Below, one piece after another: positions 48,068 through 55,400 of a DNA stretch of 64,000 nucleotides. The stretch is from positions 117,952 through 181,951 of the forward strand of contig CAZWWE010000002.1 of NCBI GenBank assembly GCA_964637295.1, given 5' to 3'. The notes under the pieces are model-generated. The model made no database searches. It was not told where the DNA came from and saw nothing but the letters and a program-made list of their open reading frames with translations. Within the stretch, counting starts at the first letter, position 1, and every line of letters begins with the position of its first letter. A program made the position numbers and the translations under genes. Source of the DNA: an uncultured Pseudomonadales bacterium. GTDB lineage: Bacteria > Patescibacteriota > Microgenomatia > UBA1400 > PJMF01.

Positions 48068-49189
48068 ATGAAATATTATTTAATTGCTCTAATTTTTTTA
48101 CTTTCACTAGGGCAATTGCAAAGAATTCAAATTAGCAACAACCTTGCTTTTTATTTGCATGATTTATTGATCATTGGTTTTGTTTGTAAAGAATTTTGGA
48201 GCAAAAATTTTCTGTTAAAAAAAATTATTGAAAAAGTTAAAAAAATAATTAAAAAGCCAAAAAAAATCATTTTACTTTTTTTATTTAACATTTTATTAGC
48301 TTGGAGCATAGCTTGCTTAGAAAATAATTTTGATTTCAGAGCTATTTTATATCTGGCTCGCCTGATAATTTACTTGTTGTTTGTGCTTTTGCTACAAAAC
48401 AAATTACAAAATAAAAGCTGGTTATGGCGATTGATTTCTTTTAACATTTTAGTTTTGGGTTTTTTGCAATATTTTTTCCTACCTGACTTGCGCTTTTTGA
48501 TTTATGAAGGTTATGACGATCATTTTTATCGTTTAACTAGCACCATTTTAGACCCCGCTTTCACCGGCTTAATTTTTGTTTTTAATTTAAATTATTATTT
48601 GTGGCAAAAAAAGAAAAACTATTTGTTAATTATTTTATTCATGCTAGGACTTTGGCTAAGTTATTCCAGAGCATCTTACTTAGCTTTTTTACTGAGCAAT
48701 CTTTTGATGTTTTTTTTCACCCAAAAAAACTCCAAAAAAATTATTTTAATTTTCTCAATTCTCTTTTGTTTCATCTTGCCATTTTTGCCCAAAAAAAGCG
48801 GGGGCGATGGGGTTAATCTCTTAAGAACTATTTCTATTGAAAAAAGAATTAGCAACGATCAAGAAATCTTAAAAAATATGACGGGCAAACAATGGCTGTT
48901 TGGACAGGGTTTATTTATGCCAGCTAAAAATAGAGCAGTCAACGAAAACATTCCTAGTCATTCACATTTTGCTGACAATTTTTTGGTTTGGTCTTTGAGC
49001 AACTTAGGACTAGTGGGGAGTTTGTTGTTTGCCTGCTTGCTGATTAACTTCATCTTGAAACAGCAAAGTCCTTGGCAAAAAATCTTAACTCTAAGCTTGC
49101 TTAGTCATGCCATGTTCAACAACAACTTTACTCAAAGTTTTGTTGTCTTGCTTTTTTTGGGTTTTTATCTAGCTAAAGATCAAAGCTAG
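48068..49189 (+). CDS. O-antigen polymerase/ligase-like (Wzy-type) membrane protein
   Basis: About 10 TM helices with YSRASYLAFLLS (Wzy_C-like). Extremely F/L/I-rich. Confidence 0.5.
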   Translation: MKYYLIALIFLLSLGQLQRIQISNNLAFYLHDLLIIGFVCKEFWSKNFLLKKIIEKVKKIIKKPKKIILLFLFNILLAWSIACLENNFDFRAILYLARLIIYLLFVLLLQNKLQNKSWLWRLISFNILVLGFLQYFFLPDLRFLIYEGYDDHFYRLTSTILDPAFTGLIFVFNLNYYLWQKKKNYLLIILFMLGLWLSYSRASYLAFLLSNLLMFFFTQKNSKKIILIFSILFCFILPFLPKKSGGDGVNLLRTISIEKRISNDQEILKNMTGKQWLFGQGLFMPAKNRAVNENIPSHSHFADNFLVWSLSNLGLVGSLLFACLLINFILKQQSPWQKILTLSLLSHAMFNNNFTQSFVVLLFLGFYLAKDQS

Positions 49190-49905
49190 AGCTTAAATTC
49201 GACTTCAATTTGTTTTTGAGTTTTATTGGTCGCTTTGTCAATCGCTATAAATTCCAAGGTGTTTTTACCTTCATTCAAATAAAAGTCGGTGGAAAAATTA
49301 CCCTCGCTGTCGGCCAAAGTCATTCTACCATTGATAAAAATCTTGGCGTTTGCTTCGCTTTGCCCTTCAATTTTAATTGTGCGATTTTTTTTGAGTTCAA
49401 TGACGGCGCCGTCTTTTGGAGTTTTTATTTCCAAGATTGGTGCTTCAGCATCTTGCGAAATTAAATAAGAACGTGTTTTTAAAGACTCATTGCCAGCAGC
49501 ATCAACCCCATAAATGGCCAGTTCATTAAGACCTTCATTGAGAGTTAATTCCTGCGTAAATTGACCTGCCTCTGTCACTTCCGCCTCGGCACTTTTGACT
49601 GAATTAAGTAAAAAAATCACTTTACTTTTTGGTTCGGCAAAACCTTGTAAATTCAAGCTGGCTGAAAAAGTCGCTTCGACTGGCGTACTAGCTAAAACCG
49701 GAACTTGAGGAGGTACATTATCCTTATCTGCGGTGGCATTGTCTTTATCAATCAAAGCAAAAAACAGCCTAATCAGACTCGGCATGATCAAAAAAATAAA
49801 TGCAATGAGCAATAAAATTCCAAAAAATAAAAAATAAAAAGTTTGCTTTTGAATTTTAGATTTTTCTCTTTTTACTAAACGAGAAGAGGCGGGTGCATTA
49901 GACAT
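49186..49905 (-). CDS. membrane-anchored protein with predicted Ig-like beta-sandwich repeats
   Basis: N-terminal TM helix followed by two ~80-aa repeats with alternating beta-strand pattern (..LNEGLNELAIYGVDAAGNES.. / ..LNEGKNTLEFIAIDKATN..). Confidence 0.45.
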   Translation of the reverse strand: MSNAPASSRLVKREKSKIQKQTFYFLFFGILLLIAFIFLIMPSLIRLFFALIDKDNATADKDNVPPQVPVLASTPVEATFSASLNLQGFAEPKSKVIFLLNSVKSAEAEVTEAGQFTQELTLNEGLNELAIYGVDAAGNESLKTRSYLISQDAEAPILEIKTPKDGAVIELKKNRTIKIEGQSEANAKIFINGRMTLADSEGNFSTDFYLNEGKNTLEFIAIDKATNKTQKQIEVEFKL

Positions 49906-49942
49906 AGTTTTATCTTATCATAATTTGAAATATGAATGACTG

Positions 49943-50015
49943 AGCCAAAGGTGGGAGTCGAACCCACGACCGACGGTTTACGATACCGTTGCTCTACCAA
50001 CTGAGCTACTTTGGC
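49943..50015 (-). tRNA. tRNA-Thr (anticodon CGU)
   Basis: A manual fold gives a 73-nt cloverleaf GCCAAAG..TTCGACT..CTTTGGC-T. The anticodon loop is AUCGUAA. CCA is not encoded. Confidence 0.85.
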
Positions 50016-50036
50016 ATATAGGTACTAGTACTTTAA

Positions 50037-50110
50037 TGGAGCGACCGAAGGGAGTCGAACCCTCACCTCAAACTTGGGAAGTTCGCATTCTACCGCTGAA
50101 CTACGGTCGC
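50037..50110 (-). tRNA. tRNA-Gly (anticodon CCC)
   Basis: A manual fold gives a 74-nt cloverleaf GCGACCG..anticodon loop UUCCCAA..GGTTCGACTCC..CGGTCGC-T-CCA. CCA is encoded. Confidence 0.85.
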
Positions 50111-50195
50111 AAATTAATGATACTGCGAAAGAATTATAGCAAACTTTGAGAAAATCATCTCAGAGAGAGAGAAGAAAAATTGTGTAACTTAAAGC

Positions 50196-50271
50196 TGGCG
50201 ACCTCGATCGGGATCGAACCGACGATCTTCTCCGTGACAGGGAGACATGTTAACCACTACACCACGAGGCC
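50196..50271 (-). tRNA. tRNA-Asp (anticodon GUC)
   Basis: A manual fold gives a 76-nt cloverleaf GGCCTCG..anticodon loop CUGUCAC..GGTTCGATCC..CGAGGTC-G-CCA. The discriminator is G, as expected for Asp. Confidence 0.85.
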
Positions 50272-50428
50272 TTTACACCAACGCTAATTATAACTAATAA
50301 GCTTTTTTTTGTCAGCAGTGATTTCAATCATCAAAAAAACAATTTTTTACCTGTTCAAAAAAGACAAACTTGCATAAAAATGCTACAATAAAAATTCATT
50401 AATATATTTAATATATAAAAAGGATCCC

Positions 50429-51007
50429 ATGATCATCGCCCTAATTATTTTAGCCGCAATCATTCTCTACGTAGTTGGAATTTATAATTCCCTGCAGACT
50501 CTCAAAACTCAGATTAAAGCCAGTATTCAAGAAATTGGCAATCAATTGAAACGCCAGGCAGGTTTAATTCCCAATCTGGAAGTGGCGGTCAAAGGTCAGC
50601 TCAAGCATGAGCAAGGCATTTACAAAATGCTAACCGACGCTCGCCAATCAGTCGCTAAAGCCGACGCTTCTGGCTCAGCCAAAGATATTGATCAAGCCGT
50701 AGCTAAAATTCAAAACTTAATTCCACAAATTCAAGTAGTGGTAGAGAGTAATCCCGAATTAAAAGCCAACGAAGCGATTACTAAATTCATGGACGAATTA
50801 ACTGATACTGCAGATAAATTGACCTATGCACGTCGTAGCGTTATTGATTTATCTCAAAGTTTCAATGAAAAATTAGTCGTCTTTCCTTCTAACATTGTCG
50901 CTAATTTATTCGGCTTCAAAGAAGAAAAGGGCATTGTCACTTCAACCACTGGCACTCACCTGGAAGTCAGTAGTGAAGAAGAAAAGAGTCCTAAGGTCAA
51001 TCTCTAA
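50429..51007 (+). CDS. lemA: LemA-family membrane protein
   Basis: N-terminal TM helix, then YNSLQTLKTQIKASIQEIGNQLKRQAGLIPNL..VKG, the LemA signature. Confidence 0.8.
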   Translation: MIIALIILAAIILYVVGIYNSLQTLKTQIKASIQEIGNQLKRQAGLIPNLEVAVKGQLKHEQGIYKMLTDARQSVAKADASGSAKDIDQAVAKIQNLIPQIQVVVESNPELKANEAITKFMDELTDTADKLTYARRSVIDLSQSFNEKLVVFPSNIVANLFGFKEEKGIVTSTTGTHLEVSSEEEKSPKVNL

Positions 51008-51012
51008 AGTCT

Positions 51013-51924
51013 ATGACTCATTATCAGTTAGTTGCGCAAAATAAACGACGCTCTTTTTTGATCATTTTTGTTTTTATTGCTTTTATTGTTGGAGCAGCCT
51101 ATTTAATGGCAGAGGGTTTTGGCTATTCTCTTGAAATGGTAGGCTGGGCGCTAATTTTTTCAGGAGCAACGTCTTTCTTTAGTTATTTTTTCTCCGACAA
51201 AATTATTCTTGGTATTTCTGGCGCCAAAGAAGCTAAGAGAAATGAATTTTTTGATTTTTACACGGTCACTGAGAACATCTGTCTCGGACAAAAAATGCCC
51301 ATGCCTAAACTCTACGTGATTGAAGATAGCGCCATGAATGCTTTTGCTACTGGCCGTGATCCAAAACATGCGGTGGTCTGCGCCACTACTGGCCTCTTGC
51401 AAAGATTAAATCGCAGTGAAATTGAGGCAGTGGTTGCTCATGAACTGAGCCATATTAAAAATTATGATGCTTTACTGATGTCCATTGTGACTATTTTGGT
51501 GGGCTTAATTGCTTTGTTGGCAGACTGGATGATGCGAATGTCATTTTGGGGTGGAAGCAGAAAAAGAAATAATGGTAACAGTGGACAACTGGGAGCAATT
51601 ATTGCTATCGTAGCAGTAATTTTGGCTATTCTTTCACCCATCATTGCGCAATTAATTCAACTAGCCATTTCTCGCCGCAGGGAATTTTTGGCCGATGCAG
51701 GCAGTGCTAGTATGACCAAAAATCCACAAGGCCTCATCAAAGCCTTAACAAAAATTAGCCAAGATGGTGAGCCTCTAGAAGCTGCCAACACCGCCACTGC
51801 TCACTTGTATATTAGCAATCCTTTGAAAAATGCTCAGGGGACTCACGCTTTTGCGAAACTGTTTAATACTCATCCGCCAGTTGCAGAAAGAATTCGAGCA
51901 CTTCAAGAAATACAAGCCATTTAG
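51013..51924 (+). CDS. htpX: M48-family zinc metalloprotease HtpX homolog
   Basis: HEXXH zinc motif AHELSHI and a downstream Glu ligand region. Four TM helices. Follows lemA. Confidence 0.85.
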   Translation: MTHYQLVAQNKRRSFLIIFVFIAFIVGAAYLMAEGFGYSLEMVGWALIFSGATSFFSYFFSDKIILGISGAKEAKRNEFFDFYTVTENICLGQKMPMPKLYVIEDSAMNAFATGRDPKHAVVCATTGLLQRLNRSEIEAVVAHELSHIKNYDALLMSIVTILVGLIALLADWMMRMSFWGGSRKRNNGNSGQLGAIIAIVAVILAILSPIIAQLIQLAISRRREFLADAGSASMTKNPQGLIKALTKISQDGEPLEAANTATAHLYISNPLKNAQGTHAFAKLFNTHPPVAERIRALQEIQAI

Positions 51925-51952
51925 ATCTAAAAATGTGCTAAACTATACGCCG

Positions 51953-52258
51953 ATGTCAGTTAACAATACTCAAGTCAAACACATTGCTCAATTAGCCAAT
52001 ATTCCCATCAGTGAAGAGGAAAGCAATAAGCTTGCTCAAGATTTTAGCGAAACTCTTCAAGTGGTCGATCAACTTAAAAAAGCTGATGTTTCTCAAGTCG
52101 AAATTACTCATCAGGTGACTGGTTTCAAAAATGTATTCCGAGAAGATATTGTTAAAGAGGAGCAAAGCTTTACCCAAAAAGAAGCTCTCGCTAATGCTAA
52201 AAAAACTTACCAAGGCTATTTTGTGGTGCCTTACGTTTTACAGAATAAGGATAATTAG
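51953..52258 (+). CDS. gatC: aspartyl/glutamyl-tRNA(Asn/Gln) amidotransferase subunit C
   Basis: 101 aa from the internal Met (MSVNNTQVKHIAQLANIPISEEE..). The ORF-track start at 51830 lies inside htpX and is probably an over-extension. Directly precedes gatA-gatB. Confidence 0.75.
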   Translation: MSVNNTQVKHIAQLANIPISEEESNKLAQDFSETLQVVDQLKKADVSQVEITHQVTGFKNVFREDIVKEEQSFTQKEALANAKKTYQGYFVVPYVLQNKDN

Positions 52259-52260
52259 CA

Positions 52261-53643
52261 ATGAAATTAAATGAATTAACACTAAAAGAGAGTATTGATG
52301 CTTTAGATAAAAAAGAAATTACTCTTGAGGAAATCTATCGAGATTTAGATCAAGCTTATCAAGAAAAAAATAAAGAATTAAATATTTATTTAAGCATTGA
52401 TCAAGAGGCTTTAAAAAAAGCCAAAAAAAATAAAGACAAGTCGCTCCGTGGTTTGCCTATTGCTGTCAAAGATAATTTTTGCACCAAAGGTTTAGCTACC
52501 ACCGCTTCTTCGAAAGTTTTAGATGGCTTTTTCCCTCAATATGAATCTACAGTGACAGAAAGACTTCAAGAGAATGGGGGGGTCATTTACGGCAAAACCA
52601 ATTTGGATGCCTGGGCACACGGTTCCTCTACCGAAACCAGTGATTATGGTCGCACCCTTAATCCTCGAAATCCTAAGCATTTGCCAGGCGGATCTTCTGG
52701 GGGCAGTGCCGCCGCTGTTGCCGCAGACTTAGCCATTTCAGCCATTGGCAGTGAGACGGCTGGCTCTATCAGGCAGCCTGCTGCTTGGTGTGGAGCGGTT
52801 GGTTTGAAACCAACCTACGGCAGAGTGAGTCGTTTTGGCGTCATCGCCATGGCTTCTTCTACTGATAGTCCTGGACCAATTGCCAAAACCGTTGAAGACG
52901 CTTGTATTTTACTCAATACTTTTGCTGGACCTGACGAAAAGGATGGCACCAGCAATAAGGAAAAAGCTCCAGATTTTACCAGCTTTTTAAATCAAAGCAT
53001 TAAAGGCATGAAAATTGGTGTCATTTATCAAGACGTCAAAGAAATCGCAGCAACTAATGAGAAATTACTCAAAGAATTAAATATTCTCAAAGAAATGGGC
53101 GCTCAAATAGACATTGTAGAGGCTATGGATCCTCATCATGCCATTGGCGTTTATACCGTCGTGCAGAGAGCTGAAGTCAGTAGTAATTTAGCTCGCTATG
53201 ACGGCATTCGCTACGGTCACGATCGTTCTAATTTTGGTGACGAAGGTAAAAGGCGTATTATGCTTGGCACTTTTACCTTAACCAAGGGCTACGCTGATCG
53301 TTACTATAACTTAGCTCAAAAAGTACGCACTCTCTATCTCAATGATTACAAAAAACTTTTTGCTAAATATGATGTCTTAGTTGCTCCCACTTCACCTTCT
53401 TTTGCTAAAGAAGTTGGCGCTTCTTTTAGCTCGCCAATGTTTGGCGAACTGGAAGATATGCTACTTGAAGCTAGCTCTATCACTGGTCTACCAGGAGCAA
53501 GTGTGCCTTTTTACCGTGATGAAAAAACCAATCTTTATCTAGGTGCTAACTTTATCGCCCCCATGTGGCGAGAAGATCTGGTGATTAAAGTTGCTGATGC
53601 TTTCGAAAAAAACAGCCAATGGAATTCATGGAGGAATAGATAA
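52261..53643 (+). CDS. gatA: glutamyl-tRNA(Gln) amidotransferase subunit A
   Basis: Amidase signature GGSSGGSAAAVAADLAISAIGSETAGSIRQPAA. Confidence 0.9.
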   Translation: MKLNELTLKESIDALDKKEITLEEIYRDLDQAYQEKNKELNIYLSIDQEALKKAKKNKDKSLRGLPIAVKDNFCTKGLATTASSKVLDGFFPQYESTVTERLQENGGVIYGKTNLDAWAHGSSTETSDYGRTLNPRNPKHLPGGSSGGSAAAVAADLAISAIGSETAGSIRQPAAWCGAVGLKPTYGRVSRFGVIAMASSTDSPGPIAKTVEDACILLNTFAGPDEKDGTSNKEKAPDFTSFLNQSIKGMKIGVIYQDVKEIAATNEKLLKELNILKEMGAQIDIVEAMDPHHAIGVYTVVQRAEVSSNLARYDGIRYGHDRSNFGDEGKRRIMLGTFTLTKGYADRYYNLAQKVRTLYLNDYKKLFAKYDVLVAPTSPSFAKEVGASFSSPMFGELEDMLLEASSITGLPGASVPFYRDEKTNLYLGANFIAPMWREDLVIKVADAFEKNSQWNSWRNR

Positions 53644-54989
53644 TGCCATACAAACTCGTTTGTGGACTAGAAGTTCACGCTGAACTCAAAACCAAATCAA
53701 AAATGTTTTGCTCCTGCAAAAACGATCCTTTTGGCGCTAGTGAGCCAAATATTCACACTTGCCCGGTTTGCCTGGGCATGCCAGGCGCGCTGCCAGTGGC
53801 TAACCGTCAAGCCATTGAGTGGACAATTAAATTAGGCTTGGCACTTAATTGCAAAATCAATTTATTTTCTAAATTTGATCGTAAAAATTACTTCTATCCA
53901 GATCTACCCAAAGGTTATCAGATTAGTCAGTATGATATTCCTTTTTGTTATGACGGCTATATTGATACTACGGAAGGTCGCGTGAGAATTCATCGCATTC
54001 ATTTAGAAGAAGATACTGCTAAACTTGCTCATCAAGAAATTGATTTGGACGGGGATGGCAAGCTAAAAAAAGCTACTTTAATCGATTTTAATCGTAGTAG
54101 TGTGCCGCTAGTAGAAATCGTCACAGAACCAGATATAGTTTCAGCTACTCAAGCCAAAGAATATGGCCAAAAATTACGCCAAATTATGCGCTATTTAGAC
54201 ATCGCTAATTGTGATATGGAAAAAGGGGGCATGCGCTTAGAAGCCAATATTTCACTACGCAAGGAAGGTCATCAAGAACTACCTGATTATAAAGTCGAGT
54301 GCAAAAATATTAATTCTTTTAGATTTTTAGAGGCAGCAATTAATTTTGAAATTGCCCGTCAAACAGAAATTTTGCAAAACGGCGACAAACCAGCGCAAGA
54401 AACTCGTGGTTATAATCCCAATACCGGCAAAACTTTTTCGCAAAGAACAAAAGAAGATGCGGCTGATTACCGTTATTTCCCAGATCCAGATTTGCCACCA
54501 ATCGAATTTACAGCCGAAGAAATTGAAAATATTCGTGCTACATTGCCAGAATTACCAGATGCAAAGACTGCTCGTTTTACCAAAATTTATGGTCTCAATG
54601 AAAAATCGGCTCGAGAATTAACCATCAATAAACAAAAATCTGAATTCTTTGAAGAGATTTTGGAAATTGCTCAAAAAGAAAACCTAGATTGTCAAAAATT
54701 GGTTAATAGCTTATTAAATAAAAAAATTAATTTTGCTTTTACAGAAGAGCCTGAGTTAGTTCTCAACAAATTTAAAGAAAATTCGAGTAATGAAAACATC
54801 GATCAAGACGAATTGCAAGCTATTATTCAAAAAGTTTTAGCAAGCAATCAAGACGCAGTCGCTAAATACAAAGCAGGTAAAACTGCAGTGATTGGCTTTT
54901 TAATTGGACAGGTCATGCGTCAATTAAATAAAAAAATCGATGTTGCTTTGGCCAAAAAAACCTTGCTCGTTTTCCTCAAAAAAAATTGA
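53643..54989 (+). CDS. gatB: aspartyl/glutamyl-tRNA(Asn/Gln) amidotransferase subunit B
   Basis: LVCGLEVHAELKTKSKMFCSC...HTCPVCLGMPGALP. Shortened C-terminal GatB/YqeY tail. Confidence 0.9.
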   Translation: MPYKLVCGLEVHAELKTKSKMFCSCKNDPFGASEPNIHTCPVCLGMPGALPVANRQAIEWTIKLGLALNCKINLFSKFDRKNYFYPDLPKGYQISQYDIPFCYDGYIDTTEGRVRIHRIHLEEDTAKLAHQEIDLDGDGKLKKATLIDFNRSSVPLVEIVTEPDIVSATQAKEYGQKLRQIMRYLDIANCDMEKGGMRLEANISLRKEGHQELPDYKVECKNINSFRFLEAAINFEIARQTEILQNGDKPAQETRGYNPNTGKTFSQRTKEDAADYRYFPDPDLPPIEFTAEEIENIRATLPELPDAKTARFTKIYGLNEKSARELTINKQKSEFFEEILEIAQKENLDCQKLVNSLLNKKINFAFTEEPELVLNKFKENSSNENIDQDELQAIIQKVLASNQDAVAKYKAGKTAVIGFLIGQVMRQLNKKIDVALAKKTLLVFLKKN

Positions 54990-55014
54990 CAAATCGCTCT
55001 ACATCAATTATGAT
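54986..55014 (+). promoter_or_regulatory. near-consensus sigma70-type promoter (TTGACA-17-TATGAT)
   Basis: TTGACA at 54986-54991, a 17-nt spacer, then TATGAT at 55009-55014. Sits upstream of ORF 55061 and dnaE. Confidence 0.5.
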
Positions 55015-55020
55015 CTCTTT

Positions 55021-55048
55021 TTATATAGCTTTTACTAGAGCTATATAA
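55021..55048. promoter_or_regulatory. perfect 10-bp inverted repeat TTATATAGCT-N8-AGCTATATAA overlapping the predicted transcription start (candidate operator)
   Basis: Seen directly in the sequence: the left arm is 55021-55030 and the right arm is 55039-55048. It lies between the promoter -10 and the RBS of ORF 55061. Confidence 0.35.
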
Positions 55049-55060
55049 GAAAGGTCGATT

Positions 55061-55342
55061 ATGACTGAAGGTCTTCCAAAAATAGATAAATTTTCTCCAG
55101 ACGAAAGACTCGCTTTAGAGGCAAATTTTTATGAATGGCACGGCAAAGTAAAAATTTTTTGTTCTTATATTGAATTATTGAATGAAGAAGAAATTAATGA
55201 ATTACTATTAACATGGCACAAATATCATGAGCGTTCTCCTCAATTAAATAATTTATTGCTTAGATTAGAAAAAAAATATCAGGCAGCAACAGCCAGAGAA
55301 GAGGTGTCTGATCGCGAACAATTTTATCAAGATCACAACTAA
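55061..55342 (+). CDS. hypothetical small protein (93 aa)
   Basis: ORF with an RBS-like AGAAAGG 7 nt upstream. No recognisable domain. It is the first gene behind the strong promoter and precedes dnaE. Confidence 0.4.
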   Translation: MTEGLPKIDKFSPDERLALEANFYEWHGKVKIFCSYIELLNEEEINELLLTWHKYHERSPQLNNLLLRLEKKYQAATAREEVSDREQFYQDHN

Positions 55343-55400
55343 GCCCTACTAGAACAGTTTTACAAATCTCCTAATTAATGCTAGACTTTTCTCGAGAGAT

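Noticed and set aside
50161-50176. CAGAGAGAGAGAAG dinucleotide repeat between tRNA-Gly and tRNA-Asp
   Set aside because: At ~6 GA units it is too short to be a CRISPR, microsatellite locus or mobile-element remnant. It is noted only as a spacer feature.
51830-51952. Long form of gatC starting inside htpX
   Set aside because: GatC proteins are ~95-100 aa. The internal Met at 51953 gives a canonical-length protein and removes the overlap with htpX.
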